DNA of 64,000 nt from Ascidiella aspersa. Taxonomy: Eukaryota. The DNA lies in assembly GCA_963924565.1 (NCBI GenBank), contig OZ004615.1:18290001-18354000 (forward strand). Reading direction: 5' to 3'. Both the position numbers and the translations under genes were made by a program. The notes beneath the pieces are model-generated. The model was given only the letters and a program-made list of their open reading frames with translations. It was not told where the DNA came from and did not search any database. Positions 24,181-37,171 of this stretch are shown piece by piece. How positions within the stretch are numbered: position 1 is the first letter of the stretch; each line of letters opens with the position of its first letter.

Positions 24181-26448
24181 CCCGGGGTCAGCTGATAACC
24201 CTTAGCTGCAGACTTTTCGCTATACCTTGCATCTGAGGCTACTCGAGGCCGTCTCCTGGAAGTTCACACCCGGGTCATTTACTTCACCCAGAGTTACCCC
24301 TATAAATCAACTTCGACCTGTAGTGAACCCTTTTGATCGTAGAAAAGACCTGAGATTTTAAAACAAGACCCAGTCGCCGCGAAATACCACTATTCTTAAC
24401 CGCTGGTCATTCTTCGGGTTTACTCGGGATCATCAAGATAACCTGGGGGCACTCCAGATTACCTGAGGTTACTGAAGGTCATTCGTTTTTTATCTCTGTA
24501 GTAGTCCAAGATTGTACACTGTGCTTTGTCTAAGCTATAATAGAGTAAAGCAGTCGACCCCCAAGTCTTTATTTATTATTATTCATCCGTAAAGTGTTGA
24601 GTGTTATTTTCTGTGTCTATTATTTTCTATTTTCTAGTTTTTCGTTTTCTCTCCTATCCTCTTATTGAGTTGATTTCCCACTTTTTGCGAGGTGTTGAGA
24701 AACTGCTTCTTGCGTATCAAACTCAAGCACATGACAAAAAGTCGAATAAGACGGCACGTAGCTGTGCGAAAAAATCGCACAAGTTGCAACTTTATACAAT
24801 CATGTCACATAATTTATTTGCGGAATTGTGGAAATATTGCATCAGGCTTTTCTTGGATATAATAGTGGCCTATTCCCGCCTTGTAGATGAATTACGCCTA
24901 ATTTGTAGTAGAAACTGTCTAGTGTCTATCCTAATTAACATTTCTATATTAGTTTAAATTACATTCTTTTCCCTATAAGATGTATCCATGTTACTAGGAC
25001 AAAGCGATAACCACTGTATAAAAAGCCAATTCAACAGTGATTGTTTTGAGTCAATGTTTGTCAGGAATATTAAAACGAAATACACAAACTATATTTCGCA
25101 AATCTCGACTCATGCAAAAATCATCCTTTTATTTCAAAATACACACCACCCAGTAATGCAGTGTATTTTAAAAATTCACATTCGCGAAGCGAAATGCTGT
25201 ACTAGAGTTTAAAGTGATGTCTTCGTTTCTGATTATTGCCTTTATTCGTTTGCGGCAGTTTCAAAAGTTTACTTTGTTCAACAACTTTTGCTGCTAACCC
25301 TTTGCTCGTCGTTCTGCGATATTTTCCTTTTTTTCAAAAATTCGCTTCGTTATCCCTAGATCGCAATTCAAAGCATTCTGAAGTGTTGGAATTAAACAAT
25401 CGCATAAGTTCCCGCTTCTCTTAATTACTATATTGCTACGACCGCTTTTTGGAGTTGAATTGCTCCAACCATTTCTGTTTTTGTCTTGTTACGAATCGTT
25501 ACATACTTTATGAATATTCTGACTATTTCTTGGAGCCACATTGATTTGTTTCTTGTTTTGGCCAAAAGCATGACCGTCGCTACAAAAGCCATAAAGATTT
25601 TAGAATCGAAATCCCGCGAAATCGCATGACTAACTCACTTTATCCGTTAAAGTTGATAAATTAGCGTTGTCAGTTATGTTTCAATTTGCAAAAGCCATAA
25701 CAATCTATAAAACATGCAAAATGCGATTGTCGCATTTTGAAAAAATTCGAAAGTTTTAGTTTTGATACAAGAACAAAATTGTCATGCGAAAAAACATTCC
25801 GAATAAAAGCGTCTAAAACGGGGAATTACCTCAAAAATATATATTTTTTAAATCGATAACAACCTTTAAAAAGACCGCACGATTTGTCCTTTAAAGTTTC
25901 ACTGGTTATTCTTATTATTTTAGGTCGTTGTTTCGTCATCAACTGTATACCCCTATTTTCTGTCCCACCCAAATGTCGTATCCCTATTCCTTGTTGCGCA
26001 TTTATTAAGCTTCATTAAAAATATTTTGCGCATGAGATATTCGGTGGTGGTTTATTTTTTGGCTAATTATTATAAAATCAGAAGCCGCGTAAGAAACGAG
26101 TCGTGGACTTACATCTTTCAATTTAGAATACTTTTTGTTTGCATTTTACCAAAGTGCCCACTATTTGCAGTATATATCAACTTGCGATTGTTTAACAGAA
26201 ATCTTGCTCCAGGGGCTTATGTTATTTTAAGGCATGTCTGCACAAGCCAGCTGACTGTTTTAATTTTATACAGTGGAATCTACAGTATAAAAGCGGATTT
26301 ACGCAGTACAGTGTGCGAATTCTCAATGTCGTTACTCAGTTTACAAACGTGTTTTTAGGTTGCTATTTCGCGCAGATGTTTGTACATGCTTTTCATTAGG
26401 CGAGGAATCCTATTGATATAGCCGATAATTACTTGATGTACTCTGGAG

Positions 26449-27033
26449 CAGTACTCCGCAACCTTTTTTTTCACTTGTGGCACAATAATAGAGCTAACAC
26501 AATTCGGCAGTAAGATAGATAGATAGATTTAAATTTATTTCGGAACAACGGTACTGGTACATGCATGCAAAATTTGAAATAATAAAGAAGTAAATAGATT
26601 ATAATAGACCACATAAGCAAATTGTCAAGGTAACCAAGAGAAAAAGGAGCGTTTCAATATTAAATTCGCTAAAGACGCCAAAAATTGGCATAATACATTA
26701 CTTTATTTTGGGACGTACGTTCATTTTTAAATATCCATGCTTTTCGAACAGCAGCCAAGTTTAGTTTGTACAAGGCAGAAAATCATGGACAAAAAAATTA
26801 TGGGTTTCAAAGAAATAGTTAATCTCCCTTTTCGCTATGGTATAAAATTTGAACACCATTGCTGTATATGTATAGTTTAGACTTGTTAATTGCCTGGTAG
26901 TTGGTTAAAAAATATTTTGAAACTTGACTTCCGGCAATTAAACGTAAACCTAGTGATTATTAAAATGTGCCCTTAAAAAAGTAGAACACACCTGGCAAGG
27001 TCTCGCTCGCTGCACACCGGTTGCAGAGCACTT
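26449..27033. mobile_element. Degenerate hAT-like MITE downstream of the RasGAP stop codon
   Basis: Ends CAGTACTCCGCAACC and GGTTGCAGAGCACT; TSD not clearly preserved. Confidence 0.5.
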
Positions 27034-27633
27034 ACTTGAGGGCATTTTATCACTTCCTCTCATGCAATATTACATACATTTTCTAGGTGAGATAAATCAG
27101 CCATAACACTTCATTTGTAATATATTTCAAAATATGCAAAAATGTTGAACTTTTTATTTCTTGAGTGAAAGGGGAGACTGAAGCAAAATAAGAAATCACA
27201 GCCAGATAAGGAAACGCGTAACTTACAACAGACGGTTCAGCAACTTTATAAAAAAACGGAAATTATATTCTGTATCCAAGTGTGTTTCACACAGAGTTGA
27301 ATGCGATTATTACTAATAGCTTCCCAGTGCATAGAAAAATATCGACAATTTAATAAAAAAATAACAAAGCCTGTCTACAAGTGCAACAAAACATGAGTTG
27401 ACAGTTAATCAGAGAAACATATACAAGCACTGAGCAGCATATTTTAATTCCGCGTGGTATGGACTTTTTTGGCAGGCTTGGTCATTGCAGCACTGATTTG
27501 ATTTAAAATCACCTAACATCAGGGTTGGCAGTGTGTGGCGATTTGCCAATTAATCGCACAAGCTTTCATAAAAAATACTCTTAAGCCATATTAAAGTCTA
27601 GCACAGAAAAACATTTTTTTAAGTAAATATGTG

Positions 27634-29297
27634 TTAACATGGCAGCTTCTCTTCTTTCTGTACCCACGCAACTGCAGGAGTGATCCTTGATAGAAGGCCA
27701 CCAATCATGTCTGTGGTCATTATTACTGGGTCCCTCGATTGAAGGGAATCAACAAGAAATCTGTCCACTGTTTCGTCCCACAACTTGGTTGGTAAATCGC
27801 TGAACTGTTTAATGGGTAAGCTCCAGCTTCCAGGATTAACCTAGATGGATAAAATCACAAATTTAATTAAAATATAAAATTTGTGAGCCGATTTTGCAGG
27901 TACTTTCAGGTTATTAAAACATATTCTCAAAAAACAAAAAAAAAATTGATTGTTTAACAGCTTTTTTATATAAGCTTAACACATACCTGCAGGGTGAAAA
28001 TGATTGCCACGTTCTTGAAAGGGGCATTGTCGTTTTCACAGAATTGGTAAAATACTGTAGTAGCAGCAGCTGGAATAAGGTCAAATCGTTCAACTACCAC
28101 TGCACATGAGCCTTTGGTGAACTTCTCTGTAATAATGCTGTCTATGGCAACCTTTGCACCATTTGCATCCAGTTTCTTAAGTTCTTCACCAGAAATCTAA
28201 ATCGACATGCTTTACATACAAAGGTTATTCACTGAGCATTTATTTATGGAAGTAACATATTGTTAGAAATAGTTCATATTTAATAAAGTGTGGGTATTAC
28301 AGGTCTCAAAGCAAGCTAAACATTATTTTAAATTTAATACAAGGTTTTTTTACGGAACAATTAATGAATGTTTAGCAGCCAACAGGATCCTAAAAATCTT
28401 ATTACATATACTTTCTAGACTTATAATGTAATTACCACTAATTTATCTGAACAGTTGTGTGAATAGGCTTCTGCAAGGTGTGAAGCAAGACATCCTGCTG
28501 TTGCAAAGCTTTGTTCTGTGGCAGCTAGCATTAGTACTGCTGGCTGTTTGTTATCACTGCCCTTTTGATGGTTATACAGAGTCACCCTGAAACACAGATA
28601 AGTATTTATTTTATGTGGGTCAATGGTAAATCACAAGTGGCAACTTTCTATCGTCCAATAATTTCATTACCCTCAATCAACTAATTTTACAGATATTTTT
28701 ACAAAAAAAGTTTACACTTTTTGTCATCTTAAAACTTGAATCTATAACTGAAAACATTATTAATTACTTGGAAGTTCTCCATAGTTTTTGATGTTGATTT
28801 GGAAATTTTGATTTACTTCTGTTGAAACTCCTCATAAATTGGTCCACTTTGTTTTCCACTGAAGTTGTTTTATTTGAAGGGAAAGAAATGTAAAAAATTG
28901 CAGCAATAGCAAGTATCACTACAATAGTTATTGCAGTAAAGTTGCTTGATTTGTTTTTATCATTGCCCAATAATTGACTATCACTGTTTTCAGAGTCAAT
29001 TAGGAGGCTGTCATCACTTTCAGTCATACTTGAAGCAGAATCAGGTTGTATACTTTTGGTTTGATCGAAAGTGAAATCAGCAGCTACAGATTCATGTATT
29101 GAAGTATTGGAAGAATTTACGTTTAACGAATATTCTTTGAGACTAATCTCGTCTTCTGCTGAAGACGTTTGATCAGAAACATTTTCAGATCGTTTTTTGT
29201 TTGCCCTTCTTGGCGTTTTTTTCTTTTTTTTACCTGAAGATGAAGGTGATTCAGCTACACTTGAAGATGATTTACCTGCTCTTCGTCTGGTTTGCAT
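27634..29297 (-). CDS. TOR1AIP: Torsin-1A-interacting protein (LAP1/LULL1 family), type II membrane protein
   Basis: Exons 29297-28768, 28586-28436, 28196-27987, 27840-27634. Basic/Ser-rich N-terminus, single TM helix (FTAITIVVILAIAAIFYISF), then luminal AAA-like domain motifs QPAVLMLAA, VFYQFCENDNAPFKNVAIIFT and GGLLSRI, the last being the arginine-finger region of LAP1/LULL1. Confidence 0.88.
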
Positions 29298-30900
29298 ACT
29301 TCTTTTTACAGAACTGGAAACGATAAAAGAAAGTTGATAAAAATCGCTCTGATAACTTATTTACAAATCTAAAGGAAATAGTAGGGTAACAGAATGCAGT
29401 AGCAAATGTGTGGAATAATTTTGGCACTGGGCTCGAATCCCACAACATTTTAGCGAGCGGGTTATGTGCTAACAATTCTTTGATTAGGGTGCGTGTTAGC
29501 GTTTTGGTTTGGGTTGGTCAATTATTATTATTATATCTATTCTCCCATATTTCTTTCTTTCTTGCATTTTCAATTTTGACAAGTTGTTTCGTTACTCTGA
29601 AAAACTTAGTAGGATTCCAGACAAGCGCTAAAAATACTTCGAGTCATAACGCAACATAACATCTCGCAAACTCTTAATTGACACTGTCAAAATCGAAATA
29701 AGAAAATCTTGTTTGCAATTGCAATATGATAAAGTAAAGTCCTTTATTATTCATGTTATTTATAATATTGGTGTCGATGTAATACAATATTTTAAAAGCC
29801 TTCGCTATAGAATGCTAATATTATATTGTAAATACATAAAATTTAATATTTAATTAAAGATAAGTTTTCCGGCTAATATTAAGATATATAGACTGGTGAA
29901 TTTCCGATCTGGTTGGTGTTAATATATACGATGTAAGCAATGCTTACGATTTTTCAAGTCGCTCGTAAATAGTTGTGGATCACATTACATGCTCGGCGGA
30001 AAGAATGCGTGAGTACCTTTTGTTTCTGTTCTTCTGAGCTAAAGAAAAATAATCTTACCAAATTTATTGTATAACTCAGCCTTTCGTTTACACTGTCTGT
30101 GTGCCAAGACGTTTCGGTTATCAACAAAACGCACCAGAAAAAATATAGGAAAGACGTTTAAACAACTACATCGGCCTATATTGTGGACCAAACAAATAGC
30201 AAGAGGTTTTTTTGAACCACAGTAGAGAATTGAGTAAGATTCAAAAACCAACTCAATTACATGCGAAAGTACTTATTCTGTTAGGGAGAGTAAAGTCAAG
30301 GCCACTTCTGTTTGCTGTCTCAAGGTTCTTTCGCAAAGTAGAGTTGTAGGCTACATCGCTAATCACAAATATCAAAACAGGAGGTAAAGGTTTTTTAGTT
30401 CGTCAACGCTTTAATGAACAGGGTTAAGCATATATCGTGTTTTATTTCCATAACCATACCCGATATTGTCAGCAAAACTCGAGAATCTGATACCAAGTCC
30501 TTTGATATTAAAGCATAATTAATAAAAAATCGAAACGTGAAAAGGTATTTTCCAGGTTTATAAGATAATGTAGCCTATAGGTTCCAGGTTATCAATATGG
30601 GTTGCTTAGATTGTTTATTTACCTATATAGGCCTATTTTCCGTCTTGATTCGATAGGTATTATCGGACATTTCTAGTTACCTGGGCCTACATTAATAAAG
30701 CTCATGACGAAACCAACATGTTGAATACGTCGCAAAATTTTGTGGTTCATTTTATTTTAAAAGTTGATCATTTCTGAGCCAGTTTTCCCTGTTTAACAAC
30801 TTTATCATTTTTATTTTTATTTTAATCCCATATCATAATCTGAATACAATTGGCAACTGGTTGATATAAGACAAAATACTCAGAAGATAATAATAATAAT

Positions 30901-33900
30901 ATGAAGCAGAAGCTGCTGTCCTGTGTTGTTATTTGCTTGATTTGCATCGTTGTTTTCTTAGCATGGGCACCTAAAGAATTCCACAAAAATCTTCAAGCTT
31001 TGCTAATTAACTCAACTGCCCTACGGTGAGATATATGTTTCTAGATGTGATCTTTTGATAGGCCGTTAAACATGGATTTAGTAAACCAGCCAACTGTTAG
31101 TTTAAGGCGGTTTCAATCGTGTAGGAATTAGAAGTGGTTTACTGTCAAAATTACCGTTTACGGTAGTTTACGGTAAATCGGTTCCATACCTCATACTGTG
31201 ATTACTATAATAAACTAAAAACGTACTTACTAAAAGGTGACCTAGGCTTAGGAAAAGTCAGGAAGTTTCAATATTCTAACAGTTACCTATAAGCGGAGAT
31301 ATAAACGATAAAAAAACAAAAACGGTCAAATTGATCGCACCGGTAATCCTAGTGGTAATAATATTTAACTTATGTTGAAAAACTGTTATATTTTTTGGGG
31401 TATGATAATACGTATATCTAAACTGTTCTTCATACATCCACAGAACAGGCAAATTCATTCTTACACCAAAACCTTCGAATTGTCACTTAAGGTCATCCGA
31501 ATATTACTGCGAAGGTAACAAACAGGTAAAAAGATTTATTAATATTAGTGGCTCAACATGTTTGCGTTTTGCAGTTTCAAACCTTGGGTGCTTTGATTTG
31601 GCCACCAAGCCAAAAGTTGAAGCTCAAATTGACTCGTTGACCGTTGATCTATGTGTGCAGTTGTGCAACTCCAAGTAAGTAAAAGGTCGTAGTTGTTTAT
31701 CTTTAATCTTAATAGGCAGCATGTATACAAGCGAAAGCTTGGCATGCGCATTGTGGTATGTACCTTAAGCTTGAATCGTTCCAGTTTTATCAACATGTTA
31801 ATGAGTCAATAAAATAACAGAGCTTGCTTCAAAGGCGCCTGTTTCATGTTGGGTTGTCGAACGGTTCAACGTGCTTTTGTCACGCCAGCGTTTTTGTGCA
31901 CGTGACCAGAGAGACACAGTGCGACACCAAGTGTTCAGGATCAAGCGAGAATTGTGGCGGGCAAAACGCGACCCGATACTTGAGAATATTGTCGCCGTGT
32001 CTCAAAGGTGACTTTTTTCTGTATTTATCCTTTAACTGTCAGTTAGCTGTTTTAGAAGAAAACAAAAAGAAAAAATGGATATTTCTGTCACAAGTTGGTT
32101 TGTCGTATTTTTCATTGAGATTTCTTATTATTAAAACTTACTCCATTTGGAAATTTACCGAAAAAATTGTTAATAAATAATTTAGATACATAATTGAAAA
32201 CTAAGGTGTTCTGTTTTGCTTTTCTCAAACAAATCACAATAAACTTTTTGTTGTACCGATGCTAAATCAGGACCGTTAACGAAAAAACAAATCCAGTCGC
32301 GTCGGCTCGGAAGCTTTGAGACCCCGAGCCCCGCAGCAGGCTTTCGACCGGCGCGCGTTTATTCCCCCGAGGAATGCGTGGAACGTTGCCACAAGTTCTG
32401 CCACCCGCTCGCGGCCTTTTCACGACAGGAAGCCAAGTGCCTTTGCGGCAAGATGACCAACAGGTAAATGCGATTTTGATATCGAAGCTGCACTTCGAGT
32501 ATTTGGTCAGTTAGAAATGCGTGTCGTTGTATTTGTTTGTTTGTACATTGTTACGTTATGGGGTTCGATATTGGCAATCAGATGTGCAATTTGGCAAAAT
32601 CACTTTTTTGAGCTAGCAGGAGTTCTCAAACTTTTAGCTACGCACACCCTTTCTTTTTATCTGTATGTATGACGAACACTTAAAAAATAAGAATTGAAAT
32701 AAGAAAACGCGCGTTATTATGGTTGGAAGCCATTTTTGCTCTGTCTGCTATAAAGTTATAAACTTTACCCAATAAAAATGTTTGGCCAAACAAAAACAGT
32801 GCCGATGGATTTTTTTCAAATAACCCGGGTATATTAGGCCATCATTAACACGGTAGTAGATGAAATTCACAAAACTTATTATAGCTGGGGCCAATAACGT
32901 TATACAAAGACAATATGACTCTCAAGGGTGAAAAAAGTGTCAAATCAAAACACTGGTTATTTTAACAGTTTTCTATACTTGTAATAGCATTCAAACAAAA
33001 GTGATATGTTGTTGACTAGCAACATGTCGCTAACATGCGCAGAATAGGCCTATAGTTGTTCTAGCTTGTATACTGCATTTAGAAGGGCGTTTTTCTCGCC
33101 GGTCTAATAAACTTGAGCAACAATTTTTTAAATCATTGTTGCGAAAAATTAAACTTACTTACGTGCCCCTAAAATTTCTCTCGTACCCCAGTTTGGAAAC
33201 CCCTGAGTTAATGCGATTTTGTTAAAAATATTGGTTTTCTGTGAATTGACGCTGAAACTCAAATTACTCGACTTTGATTTGCATTACTTTTAAATGGCTT
33301 GGTAGCCAGAATACCTGTCCCAGAAAAAAATATGCTTTTTAAGAAAGGAGATTTATTTTGTTCAAGGTTTAACCTGCAACAACAGACGAGATTGGGCGGC
33401 AAGAGTGCAATAGAAATCTATCGCACCTTCACTGAAGATGAGCGATGCGCAAAATTAAGTTTTCTACCAGAGCGTCGTTCTCATCGAAAAATCGCAGTCA
33501 CGTCTTTCCCGTGTTCGGGGAATACCTGGATTAGATACCTGCTGCAAAAGGCAACTGGATATTTTTCTGGGAGCATTTACAGCGACCAGACGCTGTTTAA
33601 TTCAGGTGGGAAATGAATATGTGTTTACTTTGTTAATTCGAAATAAAAACGAAATTACCAACAACGTTTTTAACATTACGTATACGACAGTTGTATATCG
33701 AAAAGACGAAAGTCTATAAACCGCTGGATCAAACGGTTTTTAAATTTCGAAAATGTACTCATTATGTAAAACAACGTCGTTAGAACGGATTCATTGTTAA
33801 GTGTATCGCAGGGTTTCTCGGTGAAAGTTTGTCGAGTCTAAATCGTACAGACATGATCAGTGACCACATTATTATACCTGGCTACGCAAGAGCGAAGGTT

Positions 33901-36900
33901 GGTCAAACTGTCCTGATCATTCGCAATCCTTACGAGGCATTGGTGGCAGACTTCAGCAGAATTAACGATGGCGAAAGTGGAATTAATAACATAGAAAATA
34001 AATTGGAATGTAAGTTAAATTATAGAACATAACGAGTCTTTAGGCCTACACGAATGCGTGCCGACCTATATACCACATATATATATATATATATACTAGC
34101 ATGACTTACATATCAATATGCTTTTAGTATTGAACTACGTTGGTTTCATAAAAATCCACACATGTTTATAGCACACTATAACTAAAATACGTTGATAAAA
34201 CGCAGCTAGTATTACAAAGCCACAAATAAATATATAACGATTGTTTAGGTTTATTAAAAAACAAAAAAGTTATGTTTAAACCTTGCTTGGTAATAACATG
34301 GTTACTTATTAGGCCTAACGTGTAGGCTAAATTAGTTTTATTCTAAACACATGTGTACAGGGCCGGATTAAGGGTGATATAGGCCTAAGGCTATTTACCA
34401 GGAAAGGGCCTAATTTTGCAAACGAAGTTACAAAAAGTAGTAAAAATACATACATACATGAAAAATTAAAATTATTTACTGCCAAATAACACAAACATAA
34501 TATAAATTTAGTGTCATAGACTCATAGTGTAGGTGAAATGTGGGACCAGTGGGTCACTTTTGACGCTTTTGCATCTTCAGGTTTATTTGCGTCGCAAAAT
34601 AGGATTTAGAGGTCGTAACGTGAAGTTTAATCTACCCTTCAACATACCACAGCATTTAACTCAAAATGTAAGAAGAGAAAAGTTGAATAAATGCACCTAC
34701 TTTCTAATTATTTAACAAATCAGTCATTTTAAATTAAACCAACTTAGTTAGTCATTGCAAAGCTTGTTTTGGGACTCTACCGAGGTATTTTTTGTATTCG
34801 ACTCTGTTTTTTCACTACATTCGCCGAGATGATTTTCTATTTTTATTTAATAATGCGTTACTATTATTTGCCAAACGCTGTGCATAACCTGGCTGAATAT
34901 TGGCCTAAAAGTTCACCTTAAGTAACCCCGTAGCATACCTTGCGCGTTTTACGATGGAATGTTCATTTGCAAACTCTTAAAGAAAATGGGGAAATCTCTG
35001 CACCAGACATTACACGTTATAGTTGCGTGCCCAACAGCATTTGACGGAAACTTAAAGATTAGGCGAAGGTTATCGTCTAGTAATTGGCTGCCCGAAAAAT
35101 CGCTGACGCCGCACCACATGGTACATATATAAAGCAGCACAGTAATTGTTTCGCCAAAGCGACAGGCCTTTATCCAATTCTTGCCACTCGCAAACGTAGG
35201 ATTAGGCGTAAAAGTTTGCGATGAAACGTAATAAAAGGATACAATATTATACTTTGAACATCCCTATACTTGCGAGTAAATCGAAGAACGTGTCAGAAAA
35301 ATATGTTACAATACGTTACAAGAAAGGTCATAATTGAAATCACAAATTTAAGTTTACAGGCAAATTTTATAAATAAAGACACTTGTGTAGTTGGGTTTTG
35401 TATCCTACTACCTAGCCAGAGAGTTATGCCCGTGGCCCCCAATGACCTCTCATACAAATTCTATACGATGACATAATTTTACTTTTTTGCCTCAAAAATT
35501 GTTTTATTCTTTCAAATCTTCAAATATCTATTTTAAATGGAAAGAGGAAAAAAAGCTCCCGAGTCACTGGTCCCTGTGATCCACTGGTCCCACATCTCCC
35601 CTATTACGATGTAGCCTATATTTAAAATTACTTTTTCGTTACCATACGTAGGCATATACTTTTTTAGTTCACACTAGACGCATTTTGCTTTTAGCGTTGG
35701 CGTCTGGCGCACAACCCTAGCGTCGTCCATTTCATACTGAAAAGGTTGCCAGCGTCAATGGCAAGTTAAACTATTTCAACTTCCGCAACAGAAAGCGTTT
35801 TCTAAAAACGTTTTACGTCAACGCCAGTGTTCAAACCTCTAACAACATCACTATCTATGCTTAAAAGAGAGTCAAGCCATAAGACCGAAATAGGAACAAC
35901 ATCGATGTTGCAATAAAACATACTTTTAAATAAGACCAAAATAGGACCAATACCTAAATAAGTTCAAAACCCGTCAGAATAAGACCTAAATGGCCAGAAT
36001 CAGGCTAAACAACCCTTTAAATAACCTCAAACCTCGCCCCTACGTACATCACTAACTCCCGTAATAATGTTAACCTCTACCCATTACCCACCAATAACCC
36101 CAAACAAGGCAAAAATCCAATGCAAAAACAGCGGCGCCCTAATGGAACCGCTCACTAGGGCGTCCAAACGTCGACACCAATACGGCCTATGCCAGGCCTA
36201 ACACACAGCACCCGATCGCCCCATAGCCTCTTCCTACAGCTTCAGGCGTTGTTTTGGCCCTTTAGGCAATATTACGATGAATTTAGAATGTGTTTTGACA
36301 GTTTTATGTCGTATTCAGACGATTTTGATCTTATTGTGTACTGGGCAGTAGGCTAATCTGCGTGTTTGGCTTTATTGTGTCATTGGTCTTAATACTATGG
36401 GTTAATAGATTTTTCTGATTTTGGTATTGTTGCTTTTTAGGTTTTATTGTGCATTCTCCTTAAAATTGACAACACAGAACATAGATAATTCTTAACTCGT
36501 TTGCAGCATAGATGAAACGATTTATTTATCTACTCACACACAAGGCACATATTTACTTGACTCTGTGATTCGTTTTAAGCAAAAACTATACTGTATCAGT
36601 ACTAGATCTGATCACTATCAGTACCTTAAAAAGTTGAGGGCCGAAATTTTCCAGGGCCTAAGGCTATAGCATTACTAGCCTATTGGTTAATTCGGCCCTG
36701 CGTGTGTAGTAGGCCTATACCAACGATTATGACAAACATGCAAAACTTATCTTGATTATTGGCTGGTATGTTTTTTGTTGTTTTTTTACAGCATTTCATG
36801 ACTACGCAAATCGCTCCATACTTTTATGGAAGAAAGTAGCGGTGATCGTTGCAACCGAGAATAAGCCATTTCTGGCTGTATACTACGACGATCTGACTGC

Positions 36901-37171
36901 AAATCCCATCGACGTGGTGAACAATATAGTACTTTTTTCGGCCAATAGTCTGCTGAAACCGGAAGATTTTAAGGAAAGACTAAATTGCCTCAGTCAGGAG
37001 CTGTATGGAAGTTATAAACTTGACATGATAGCGTTATCTTTAAACCCATACTCTATCGAGTTGTGTAAAACTATAGATAGAGTTGTTGGCGAAGTGCGAA
37101 CAGTGCTTAATAACGCAGGGGTCATGCGAGAACTTCCAAAGTACAACAATCCCTACTTAACGCAACTATAA
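30901..37171 (+). CDS. WSCD: WSC domain-containing sulfotransferase (WSCD1/2-like, Golgi type II)
   Basis: Exons 30901-31025, 31444-31514, 31575-31674, ~31835-32007 (acceptor 31823 also possible), 32271-32463, 33367-33605, 33812-34009, 36792-37171. Signal anchor ([18 protein letters not shown]), WSC domain 1 (LGCF...[10 protein letters not shown]...[10 protein letters not shown]...[14 protein letters not shown]), a degenerate WSC domain 2, 5'-PSB loop SFPCSGNTW and 3'-PB motif [14 protein letters not shown]. Confidence 0.85.
32617..33205. mobile_element. Degenerate hAT MITE in WSCD intron
   Basis: Ends CAGGAGTTCTCAAAC and GTTTGGAAACCCCTG; subterminal CGTACCCC motif shared with the 10113 element; TSD eroded. 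Confidence 0.6.
34358..36700. mobile_element. Non-autonomous hAT-type element in WSCD intron 7, carrying a nested insertion
   Basis: TIRs CAGGGCCGGATTAA and TTAATTCGGCCCTG; 8-bp TSD CATGTGTA / CGTGTGTA (7/8 match); subterminal GGCCTAAGGCTAT at both ends. Confidence 0.85.
34532..35601. mobile_element. Nested TA-flanked MITE (Tc1/pogo-type ends)
   Basis: Left end TA|GGTGAAATGTGGGACCAGTGGGTCAC; reverse complement of right end TA|GGGGAGATGTGGGACCAGTGGATCAC; TA dinucleotide on both sides. Confidence 0.8.

Noticed and set aside
24601-26358. Hydrophobic ORFs downstream of the RasGAP stop codon
   Set aside because: AT-rich 3'UTR or intergenic sequence; composition-driven ORFs without homology or splice structure.
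29989-30014. ATG-MLGGKNA-GTGAGT as an alternative first exon of WSCD
   Set aside because: The phase fits exon 31444, but it would remove the signal anchor and has no other support; it may be a 5'UTR exon.
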